Part shown: in pieces, positions 1 to 7,874 of the stretch
How the letters are laid out: every line of letters begins with the position of its first letter
Position numbering within the stretch: position 1 is the stretch's first letter
Origin: Microcystis aeruginosa NIES-2549
GTDB lineage: Bacteria > Cyanobacteriota > Cyanobacteriia > Cyanobacteriales > Microcystaceae
Direction of reading: 5' to 3'
DNA length: 32,000 bases
NCBI RefSeq assembly: GCF_000981785.2
Contig: NZ_CP011304.1
Location: forward strand, 750,001-782,000
Translations under genes and position numbers: made by a program
The notes under the pieces: generated by a model
What the model saw: only the letters and a program-made list of their open reading frames with translations
The model's database searches: none
What the model was told of the DNA's origin: nothing

Positions 1-369
1 TAAAGCTAACACCGAGGTATTAGCGGCATTTTTTACCTCTTTTCCCCAATTATTCCAAAAGAAGCCGGGGGCATTCATGCCATAATTAGGAAATAAATAT
101 TGATTAGCGACGCTTTCTTGCTGATAACCAGCAGTCTGAACATAACGATAGGTGGCACTGGCTCCCTTATCATGAAAATGTACAGCTAAAACTGCCCCAT
201 CTCCGTCAAACCAATGACCAACTTTTTGCTTACCTCTTTCTAATCTCCCCGGACCATTGCGATAGAGACTCCCTCGCAATCCATCGGGAATTTTCCCCGA
301 TAATAAGGTTAATTGCGTTTCAGAAAATTCCACTGCTGGTTTTTCTAAAGATTTTGCCCAAGCTTTCAT
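1..369 (-). CDS. carotenoid oxygenase (CCD/RPE65) family protein, 5' part only; the gene runs off the window start
   Basis: This ORF is not in the supplied track because it is open at the window edge. Reverse-strand ATG at 369-367, open frame to position 1 (123 codons): MKAWAKSLEKPAVEFSETQLTLLSGKIPDGLRGSLYRNGPGRLERGKQKVGHWFDGDGAVLAVHFHDKGASATYRYVQTAGY... The LRGxLYRNGPG...GHWFDGDG block is characteristic of carotenoid cleavage oxygenases. Confidence 0.7.
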   Translation of the reverse strand, partial: MKAWAKSLEKPAVEFSETQLTLLSGKIPDGLRGSLYRNGPGRLERGKQKVGHWFDGDGAVLAVHFHDKGASATYRYVQTAGYQQESVANQYLFPNYGMNAPGFFWNNWGKEVKNAANTSVLAL

Positions 370-482
370 AGATTTGTTTTTTTACTGATTACATAGTTAA
401 GTATAGCCCTAGGCTAGGTTCAATGACAATAATTTCGGCAGTTTACCAGTTAATTAGTATTTACCACAACCTATCAATTATG

Positions 483-1115
483 TCATGATAAAGTATCGGG
501 ATTAATTCCCAGAGAACGGATATATTCAGCTAAACGTTGAGCTTTTTGAGATAACTCAATAGAAGTCAAAAATTTCTGACCATCTAAACTATAAATTTCT
601 AACTCATCTCCTCTCAATTCAAATCGGATCTTTAACCGAGGACTAACCCATCCGTTAATCTCAGGTATAGAACTTAATAGTCCTTCCCGTCTCAACCATC
701 CCTGAAAATTATGAGAATCCGGATCATAGAGATAGTATTCTTCCACTCCATAACGTTGATAAAAGAGTAGTTTTCGCTCCATTTCTTCTAAACTATTAGA
801 GGGGGAGAGAATTTCAAAAACCACTTGAGGAGCAATATTATCTTCTTGCCATTGTTTATAGGAACCCCTTCTTCCTTTCGGACGACCAAATACTACCATA
901 ACATCGGGAGCAACCGGTCCAGTAATTTTCTTATCTTGGACAGGATACCAGAGCAGATCCCCCGCAATAAAAACGTTAGGAGAATTAGCAAAGAGAATCT
1001 CAAGATTTTCTTTGATTTTAACGATCCATTCATATTGTTCGGTATTATCGGCCATGGGTTTACCGTCACTATCGGGGTATTCAATATCTGGATCAATAGC
1101 TGGTGTAAAGGTCAT
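483..1115 (-). CDS. Uma2 (DUF820) family PD-(D/E)XK endonuclease, tandem copy 1 (210 aa)
   Basis: Full ORF with a family-typical core (APDVMVVF ... PQVVFEILSPSN) and an RLAEYIRSLGINPD tail. GGAGG lies 8 nt upstream of the ATG in the 21-nt spacer 1116-1136. Confidence 0.85.
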   Translation of the reverse strand: MTFTPAIDPDIEYPDSDGKPMADNTEQYEWIVKIKENLEILFANSPNVFIAGDLLWYPVQDKKITGPVAPDVMVVFGRPKGRRGSYKQWQEDNIAPQVVFEILSPSNSLEEMERKLLFYQRYGVEEYYLYDPDSHNFQGWLRREGLLSSIPEINGWVSPRLKIRFELRGDELEIYSLDGQKFLTSIELSQKAQRLAEYIRSLGINPDTLS

Positions 1116-1136
1116 AATTTATCCTCCTTTAAAGAT

Positions 1137-1808
1137 TCATAAAGTATCGGGATCAATTCCCAGAGAACGGATATATTCAGCTAAACGTTCAGCTTTAAGA
1201 CGCTCCTGTTCTAACTGTAAACTTGCTTCTTCAGCTTTTTGAGATAACTCGATAGAAGTCAAAAACTTCTGACCATCTAAACTATAAATTTCTAACTCAT
1301 CTCCTCTCAATTCAAATCGGATATTTAACCGAGGACTAACCCATCCGTTAATCTCAGGTATAGAACTTAATAGTCCTTCCCGTCTCCACCATCCTTGAAA
1401 ATTATGAGAATCTGGATCATAGAGATAGTATTCTTCCACTCCATAACGTTGATAAAAGAGTAGTTTTCGCTCCATTTCTTCTAAACTATTAGAGGGGGAG
1501 AGAATTTCAAAAACCACTTGAGGAGCAATATTATCTTCTTGCCATTGTTTATAGGAACCCCTTCTTCCTTTCGGACGACCAAATACTACCATAACATCGG
1601 GAGCAACCGGTCCAGTAATTTTCTTATCTTGGACAGGATACCAGAGCAGATCCCCCGCAATAAAAACGTTAGGAGAATTAGCAAAGAGAATCTCAAGATT
1701 TTCTTTGATTTTAACGATCCATTCATATTGTTCGGTATTATCGGCCATGGGTTTACCGTCACTATCGGGGTATTCAATATCTGGATCAATAGCTGGTGTA
1801 AAGGTCAT
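1137..1808 (-). CDS. Uma2 (DUF820) family endonuclease, tandem copy 2 (223 aa)
   Basis: Almost identical to copy 1 apart from a longer C-terminal tail (EEASLQLEQERLKAE insert). An identical 21-nt spacer with GGAGG lies upstream (1809-1829). Confidence 0.85.
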   Translation of the reverse strand: MTFTPAIDPDIEYPDSDGKPMADNTEQYEWIVKIKENLEILFANSPNVFIAGDLLWYPVQDKKITGPVAPDVMVVFGRPKGRRGSYKQWQEDNIAPQVVFEILSPSNSLEEMERKLLFYQRYGVEEYYLYDPDSHNFQGWWRREGLLSSIPEINGWVSPRLNIRFELRGDELEIYSLDGQKFLTSIELSQKAEEASLQLEQERLKAERLAEYIRSLGIDPDTL

Positions 1809-1829
1809 AATTTATCCTCCTTTAAAGAT

Positions 1830-2543
1830 TCATAAAGTATCGGGATCAATTCCCAGAGAACGGATATATTCAGCTAAACGTTCAGCTTTAAGACGCTCTT
1901 GTTCTAATTGTAAACTTGCTTGTTCTAACTGTAAACTTGCTTGTTCAGCTTTAAGACGCTCTTGTTCTAACCTTTGAGATAACTCAAGAGAAGTTAAAAA
2001 TTTCTGACCATCTAAACTATAAATTTCTAACTCCTTTTCTGTCAATTCAAATCGGATCTTTAACCGAGGACTAATCCATCCGTTAATCTCAGGTATAGAA
2101 CTTAATAGTCCTTCCCGTCTCCACCATCCCTGAAAATTATGAGAATCCGGATCATAGAGATAGTATTCTTCCACTCCATAACGTTGATAAAAGAGTAGTT
2201 TTCGCTCCATTTCTTCTAAACTATTAGAGGGGGAGAGAATTTCAAAAACCACTTGAGGAGCAATATTATCTTCTTGCCATTGTTTATAGGAACCCCTTCT
2301 TCCTTTCGGACGACCAAATACTACCATAACATCGGGAGCAACCGGTCCAGTAATTTTCTTATCTTGGACAGGATACCAGAGCAGATCCCCCGCAATAAAA
2401 ACGTTAGGAGAATTAGCAAAGAGAATCTCAAGATTTTCTTTGATTTTAACGATCCATTCATATTGTTCGGTATTATCGGCCATGGGTTTACCGTCACTAT
2501 CGGGGTATTCAATATCTGGATCAATAGCTGGTGTAAAGGTCAT
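1830..2543 (-). CDS. Uma2 (DUF820) family endonuclease, tandem copy 3 (237 aa; start refined)
   Basis: The track ORF extends to 2630, but the other two copies start at MTFTPAIDP. The corresponding ATG is at 2543-2541, and the 29-codon upstream extension has no counterpart in copies 1 and 2. Confidence 0.8.
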   Translation of the reverse strand: MTFTPAIDPDIEYPDSDGKPMADNTEQYEWIVKIKENLEILFANSPNVFIAGDLLWYPVQDKKITGPVAPDVMVVFGRPKGRRGSYKQWQEDNIAPQVVFEILSPSNSLEEMERKLLFYQRYGVEEYYLYDPDSHNFQGWWRREGLLSSIPEINGWISPRLKIRFELTEKELEIYSLDGQKFLTSLELSQRLEQERLKAEQASLQLEQASLQLEQERLKAERLAEYIRSLGIDPDTL

Positions 2544-2774
2544 AATTTCTGCTCTGAGGTTATTTGTCTGAAAATTAAATTCTAGCAGTGAGGTTATCTT
2601 TCCCCTGTAGTCCCACAATAACATCGCCAATAAGGTTGCTCAAAATGTTTGTGTACTTTTGTTAAAAAGGAAAAGTTTTTTTGACAAACAGAACAACTTG
2701 TGCTATGGAATAAATCTCTAACTTGGCAACAATGACCCAGACGAGAAGCCGATCGAACGATAGCGATCGAGGGT

Positions 2775-2780
2775 TATAAT
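2775..2780 (+). promoter_or_regulatory. candidate -10 box (TATAAT) for the DUF29 gene
   Basis: Exact TATAAT lies 43 nt upstream of the ATG at 2824. No good -35 element is present. Motif only. Confidence 0.25.
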
Positions 2781-2823
2781 CGAGCCATTACCCTGCGCTC
2801 CCGGTCGGGAAGATAAATCTATT

Positions 2824-3291
2824 ATGACCGCTCTCTACGAGGAAGATTTTGTTCTCTGGACAGAAAAAACCGCCGAACTGTTAAAGAGAAAAGAGTTTGA
2901 CCTGGTGGACTGGGAAAACCTGATCGAAGAGGTGGAGTGCATGGGAAAAAGCGAGAGACAGGCAATAACGAGTTTATTAACTGTTTTAATCGAACACTTG
3001 CTAAAACTATCCTATTGGGAATCGGAAAAAGAACGGAATGCCCGTCACTGGATAGTGGAGATCGCGGCTTTCCGAGCGCAATTAGAACAAAAAATAGATA
3101 GTGCCACCCTCGCCAACCACGCCCGCGATTCTTGGGAGAAAGCCTATTTAACCGCCAGAAAATCTCTGATTAACGCACGGGTAGTCGATAAAAACGCGAT
3201 TCCCCTAGAGTCTATATTCACTCTCGAACAGGTATTAGACGGGGATTGGTTCCCCATCGATATCGAACCTTTTTTGGAAACCCGTCCATAA
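2824..3291 (+). CDS. DUF29 domain-containing protein
   Basis: 155-aa ORF. The N-terminus LYEEDFVLWTEKTAELLKRKEFDLVDWENLIEEVECMGKSERQAITSLL..LIEHLLKL.YW is the signature of the cyanobacterial DUF29 family. Confidence 0.85.
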   Translation: MTALYEEDFVLWTEKTAELLKRKEFDLVDWENLIEEVECMGKSERQAITSLLTVLIEHLLKLSYWESEKERNARHWIVEIAAFRAQLEQKIDSATLANHARDSWEKAYLTARKSLINARVVDKNAIPLESIFTLEQVLDGDWFPIDIEPFLETRP

Positions 3292-3345
3292 ATTGCCATT
3301 ATGTCCCCACCAAAAGATTAGGAGTATCAGCGAATATAACCGAAT

Positions 3346-4074
3346 ATGAAAGATATCGAGCAAATCCGCCGCCAACTCATCGAACGCTACCAACAATTAT
3401 CGGCACTCGATCAGGTGATCGTCCGTCTTTTTTCCCTAATCTATGAACCGATCGCCCGCAGCACTTTTCTAGACTGTTTAAATGAAACCCCTTACCGCGA
3501 CGAGAAAAACCGGCGATTTAACGCCCAAACCCTGAAATCCCATTTAGATATCCTCCTAGAAGCGGAGGTAATCATCCAGGACAAAGGCTACGGGCTGCGC
3601 TGTCATCCCCTCCTCGTCGAGATTGCCAGCCGTGATAGCGTTAGCAAGGGAGAATTCAAGCGTTTTGCCGAGATAATCAAGAATAAACTGCCGCAAACCC
3701 GAACTCGTTGGCATGAAAACCTAGTTTTTCAGGGAAAAGAGCAATTAATTCGAGAAATCCGTCTGGCCATCTATCGTCAGGATTTCGACTACGATAACCC
3801 CTTCGATCTGGATTGGTTACGGACGCAACCGACCAAATTTCAATCCCTAGCACTAAATAGCATTCTTGTCAAGGCTTTTGAAAAAATAACTCGCGCCGAT
3901 GGAGCTTTTTCCCTCCTAGAAGAACTCTGTCAAGACCAGACCAGTGTTTCCGAAGCCCATTTGTGGCTCGAACAGGCAATCATCCGACGACAAGGCGAGC
4001 AAGTGCATCGGTATCTCGATCGCCCCTTCCCGGAAAGCCAACCAGCAGAAATAGGACTGCCCTGGAGAGCCTGA
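3346..4074 (+). CDS. hypothetical protein (242 aa), no recognisable catalytic motif
   Basis: Long ORF 55 nt downstream of the DUF29 gene on the same strand. Composition is helical and coding-like. I recognise no motif. Confidence 0.5.
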   Translation: MKDIEQIRRQLIERYQQLSALDQVIVRLFSLIYEPIARSTFLDCLNETPYRDEKNRRFNAQTLKSHLDILLEAEVIIQDKGYGLRCHPLLVEIASRDSVSKGEFKRFAEIIKNKLPQTRTRWHENLVFQGKEQLIREIRLAIYRQDFDYDNPFDLDWLRTQPTKFQSLALNSILVKAFEKITRADGAFSLLEELCQDQTSVSEAHLWLEQAIIRRQGEQVHRYLDRPFPESQPAEIGLPWRA

Positions 4075-4127
4075 GCATTTGTACTAAAATATCTCCGATG
4101 CGGTTTAAATGCGGCAAATCCTGCCAA

Positions 4128-5342
4128 TTAAACTAACTTTTTGATAGCTGCTACTAACTGCTCGATTTCTGAGGGCAAAGTGAAATAATGAACACAGGCA
4201 CGCACCGAGAGGGGGTCGAGGAGAGTTCGCAGTAAAAAACCTTGTTTTTCTAGCTGTTGCACTAAATTTTGTGGGCTGATGGTCGAGTCAATTTGAAAGG
4301 ACACTAAACCGGATTCTGGCGGAGAATTTTTTAAACATTTCACCCCTTTAATTGTGTTTAATTCTCCCCAGAGATAAGCCGCTAATTGACAGATTTTTTC
4401 GTATCTTTGTCCCCCATCACCCCAGGCGTTATGTACCGCAATAGTTGCCCTTAAACCCTCAAATTGAGGATAGGCAGAAGTGGCCACTTCAAAGCGTCTA
4501 GCATCCGGTTTCCAACCGATAGGCTGTCCTCGGTTATCTGTTTCAATACCGCGCCAACCGATAAAAGTGGGCTGTAAACTAGGGAAAATTTCGGGACGAA
4601 TATACAATCCTCCCACACCGGCCGGTCCACACCACCATTTATGACCCGTAAAAGCATAACAATCGGCGCCGGTAGCACTTAAATCCAAGGGCAAACAACC
4701 CACGGATTGGGCAGCATCCACCACCACTAAAACGGGTTTTTCGGTGACAGAATTATGATGACAAAGTTGCGAGATTTCCTTGAGGGGTAAAACCTGTCCG
4801 GTATTCCAGAGAACGTGACTAACCACCAAAACCCTAGTTTTTGGACGTAAATGGGCGGAAATGACTTCTATTGGGTTGCCACCGTTTAAAGTTTCCCGAA
4901 TAGGACAAGTGGAGATTTCCAGATGATAACGACGGGCAATTTCCCGAACTGTGGCCATAATTCCGGGGTGTTCACAATCGGTTAGTAAAATATGTTCCCC
5001 CGCTTGCCAATCAACCCCCCAGAGGGCGATATTACAGCCTACAGTGACATCCTCGGTGATAGAGAGAGTGCTGGGGCTAATTCCCAATTCCTGAGCCATT
5101 TCTTGTCTGAGAAGTTCTGTTTTTCTGGTAATCCAATCGTTTACCCGTCCTGAAAAAGGCCCCTGTTGTTGGAGAAAATTATGGGCATCGATAATCGCTT
5201 CTAATCCGGCCTTGGGCAAGGTTCCCTGACCACCGAAATTAAAATAAACTTTATTACTAAGTCCCCGAAATTCCTGTCTTTGTTCGGCTAAATCCGGTTT
5301 ACTAACGGCGAAATCGAGGCTATTTTCGTCTAAATTCTGCAT
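4128..5342 (-). CDS. aminotransferase class V-fold PLP-dependent enzyme (cysteine desulfurase / C-DES cystine lyase-like)
   Basis: 404-aa ORF. It has a ...VVVDAAQSVG... block and the PLP-lysine context FTGHKWWCGPAGVGGLYIR typical of class V aminotransferases. Confidence 0.8.
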   Translation of the reverse strand: MQNLDENSLDFAVSKPDLAEQRQEFRGLSNKVYFNFGGQGTLPKAGLEAIIDAHNFLQQQGPFSGRVNDWITRKTELLRQEMAQELGISPSTLSITEDVTVGCNIALWGVDWQAGEHILLTDCEHPGIMATVREIARRYHLEISTCPIRETLNGGNPIEVISAHLRPKTRVLVVSHVLWNTGQVLPLKEISQLCHHNSVTEKPVLVVVDAAQSVGCLPLDLSATGADCYAFTGHKWWCGPAGVGGLYIRPEIFPSLQPTFIGWRGIETDNRGQPIGWKPDARRFEVATSAYPQFEGLRATIAVHNAWGDGGQRYEKICQLAAYLWGELNTIKGVKCLKNSPPESGLVSFQIDSTISPQNLVQQLEKQGFLLRTLLDPLSVRACVHYFTLPSEIEQLVAAIKKLV

Positions 5343-5361
5343 AAGCGAGGAGATGGAGGGT

Positions 5362-5417
5362 CAGTTATCAGTTATCAGTTATCAGTTATCAGTTATCAGT
5401 TATCAGTTATCAGTTAG
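5362..5417. repeat. heptanucleotide tandem array, (CAGTTAT)x7 plus CAGTTAG
   Basis: Counted directly. The array starts 20 nt upstream of the aminotransferase start codon. It is followed by a GGGTTTT-like G-run tract (5426-5449) and GACGACC x2 (about 5472-5485). Confidence 0.95.
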
Positions 5418-5635
5418 AAGGTGTTGGGTTTTGGGGTTTTCGGGTTTTAGTTGAATTCCCCACTTCCTGACGACCGACGACCGAAGGCTGAATTCTATCG
5501 ACGGATTAAGTCACAATTGTCACAATAGTATTAAAGTAGAGGAAACACACTTGGGAATGTTTTCTTTTTTTAAGTTTATTATTTTTTACTTTACCTCACA
5601 GGTCCAGGAAAGCTTAACTTTTCTCCTTGTATAGA

Positions 5636-7072
5636 ATGCTACTGACCGATGATCTACTTCTAGACTACCAACGTTGTCAACGCCGTGCGTTTTTAAATCT
5701 CTACGGCAATAGCCAAGAAAAAGACCCTGAGCGAGATTTTTTGCTTAAATTGCGCCAGGAGAGTCAAAGTCACGTTAAAAAAGTCCTGCAAGACTCCTAT
5801 CCCGATTATTGTTCCCTGACTACCCCCACCAGCGATATTTTAGCCGCCGCTAGAGAAACGGAAGCTTTGATGCGTCAGGGGGTATCCTGTATTTATCACG
5901 GAGTCCTTTTACAATCTGCCTATCCCGTCTCTTTAACCGGGTCCCCCCATTTATTAATTAAACAGGCAGGAAAGTCGAAATTTGGCGATTGGATTTATTA
6001 TCCCCTCAATATTCAACTCGGTCGCCGTCCTAAGCCTGAATATAAGCTGCTGGCTACTTTTTACGCCTATTTATTAGCCAGTATGCAGGGAGTTTTTCCA
6101 GGTTATGCCGAAATTGTCCTACGTCGTCATAATCGCTATCGGGTGGAATTGAATCTCTGGTTAACTAAATTACAGGAAATAATCAAAAAATTCGGCGAAA
6201 TGGTGATTAATAGCCAAGAACCAGAAGTTTTTATCTCGCGTCAGCGTTGCAGTTTATGTCATTGGTATAGTCACTGTTATGGTATCGCTCAAGCGAGTCA
6301 ACATCTTTCTTTAGTCCCGGGGGTGACTCCCAGTCGTTACCAATTTTTACAGTCTTTGGGGATTTCCACCATGGAATCCCTGGCGCTTACCTGTCCTACC
6401 CGTATGGGGGAGGGGATGGGGGTAGAGGTGGCTAATCAGTTACAATTACAGGCCCAAGCAATTATTGAAAATCGGGCCTTTCGCAAAAGCAACGGGAAAA
6501 CTGCTTATTTGTCTCCCCTACCGAGGGCCGAGATTGAATTTTATTTTGACATCGAAGCGGAACCAGAACAGAATTTAGATTATCTTTTGGGGATTTTACG
6601 CGTTGATTATCGAGTTAATACCCAGCAATTTTATCCCTTTTTGGCAGAAAAGCCAGAAGATGAAGGCAGGATTTGGCAGGAATTTTTAACCTTAGTCATG
6701 CAGGATTATCAAGCACCCATTTTTCACTTTTCTGAGTACGAAGTGGAAACAATTAAGCGATTGGGTTATCTTTATAAAACTCCTTCTTCTTTGATTAATC
6801 AGTTAGTTTCTCGCTGTTTTGATCTGCACTATTATGTAGTTAATTCCGTAACTTTTCCCGTGGAAAGTTATTCTTTAAAATCCCTCGCTAACTGGATTGG
6901 CTTCCAATGGCGCGATCGAGGAGTAAGCGGGGATCAATGCGTTTGGTGGTATGACCAGTGGTTAAAAACAGGAGATCGGACTTTATTGGCGGCTATTTTA
7001 CGTTACAATGAGGATGATTGTCGCGCCACCTTTATACTAAAAGATTGGCTTTTGACATACCCCACGCCGTAA
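5636..7072 (+). CDS. TM0106-family RecB-like (Cas4-like Fe-S PD-(D/E)XK) putative nuclease with a C-terminal RNase H-like exonuclease domain
   Basis: The N-terminus MLLTDDLLLDYQRCQRRAFLN, the Cys cluster CSLCHWYSHC and the YFDIEAEP motif match this family. The track start at 5627 is a TTG; the ATG at 5636 gives the family-typical N-terminus. Confidence 0.8.
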   Translation: MLLTDDLLLDYQRCQRRAFLNLYGNSQEKDPERDFLLKLRQESQSHVKKVLQDSYPDYCSLTTPTSDILAAARETEALMRQGVSCIYHGVLLQSAYPVSLTGSPHLLIKQAGKSKFGDWIYYPLNIQLGRRPKPEYKLLATFYAYLLASMQGVFPGYAEIVLRRHNRYRVELNLWLTKLQEIIKKFGEMVINSQEPEVFISRQRCSLCHWYSHCYGIAQASQHLSLVPGVTPSRYQFLQSLGISTMESLALTCPTRMGEGMGVEVANQLQLQAQAIIENRAFRKSNGKTAYLSPLPRAEIEFYFDIEAEPEQNLDYLLGILRVDYRVNTQQFYPFLAEKPEDEGRIWQEFLTLVMQDYQAPIFHFSEYEVETIKRLGYLYKTPSSLINQLVSRCFDLHYYVVNSVTFPVESYSLKSLANWIGFQWRDRGVSGDQCVWWYDQWLKTGDRTLLAAILRYNEDDCRATFILKDWLLTYPTP

Positions 7073-7620
7073 ACGGACGTGGATTCTTCTCGCATCACTG
7101 CTGAGAATTTCTGGCTCAACGAGTCCACTTGAATTAGATTCCTGGCGAAATCCCACCCAGAGGTGGTTCTCTCCTCAGACTTTCGCGACCTTACAGAAGC
7201 CTGTTGTCGTATGCCCTACGATACAGTTCAAAACCTCTAAAATAATTGGTTTCTCTGGTACTTGACGCTTAGAGCTTTTACCTATAGGAGCATTCCCCTA
7301 TAGAACCCCATAACTCTAGTTTTCAAGGCTTCGGCCGTGAGCTCAGGCTTCGACGGTGAGCTCAGCCGAACCGCCGAACGGTGCGTTCATCCTGCGATGA
7401 CTGGGTTTTTTAAGCGGTTGCTTACCCGGCCCGCTATTCTTAATATCATAGATCATATAAAGTCGCCCTAAAAGGGCGAGGCTTTAAACCCAATTTTTCG
7501 GTCAACTTTTTAATTTGATTCTAAAGATTTATGACAAATAGGGGGGTATGTAGCCGCTGCTACGCGTAACTGCAAAGGGAAAATGATAGGCTATGGATGT
7601 GAAGACAGTCCCCTCACCCA

Positions 7621-7857
7621 ATGGTGATCCCCATGTTCTCCCCACTTTTTCCGCTTCTACTCCTACTGCTTTCCTTCCTTAGTCTTCTCTGGTATCAAAA
7701 AACCGATAATGATATTTTTAAAGCTCTTGCCGTTAGTAGTTTAATTTTTGCAATTATTTGGGGCTTAATTCTCGTTCATTGGTCAATTCACCTGTTGGGA
7801 CTGCTGTTATTGTTAAAATTCAGATCCCCCCGCTTTCAGTTTGGTGCGCGTGCCTAG
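7621..7857 (+). CDS. possible small membrane protein (78 aa, 2-3 hydrophobic helices)
   Basis: Supported only by the ORF and its strongly hydrophobic Leu-rich segments. No RBS was seen. Confidence 0.3.
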   Translation: MVIPMFSPLFPLLLLLLSFLSLLWYQKTDNDIFKALAVSSLIFAIIWGLILVHWSIHLLGLLLLLKFRSPRFQFGARA

Positions 7858-7874
7858 ATGGTAATGGTTTCACC

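Noticed and set aside
825-2585. Track ORFs antisense to or overlapping the Uma2 genes (825-1142, 893-1096, 1012-1242, 1518-1835, 1586-1789, 1705-1977, 2253-2585, 2321-2524)
   Set aside because: They repeat only because the underlying DNA is triplicated. They have low-complexity translations with no family resemblance and are fully embedded in well-supported Uma2 genes.
2544-2630. N-terminal extension of Uma2 copy 3 (MAMLLWDYRGK...)
   Set aside because: It is absent from copies 1 and 2, which start at MTFTPAIDP. The extension is just open frame upstream of the conserved ATG.
3246-4127. Track ORFs 3246-3446 (+) and 3930-4127 (-)
   Set aside because: They overlap the ends of better-supported genes in other frames, are short and have odd composition.
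4451-4678. Same-strand alternative-frame ORF embedded in the aminotransferase gene
   Set aside because: It is embedded in a gene that has clear family motifs.
5627-5635. TTG start for the RecB-like nuclease
   Set aside because: The ATG three codons downstream gives the family-typical MLLTDDLL N-terminus.
7073-7620. RNase P RNA, tmRNA, 6S RNA, a group II intron 3' end, or a guide-RNA locus for the adjacent RecB-like nuclease
   Set aside because: I found no GGAAAGTCC-type P4 element, no tRNA-like 3' end or tag reading frame, and no convincing domain V (GAAA-capped 14-bp helix with the catalytic AGC). There is also no spacer-like array. The tract is kept only as an unexplained region.
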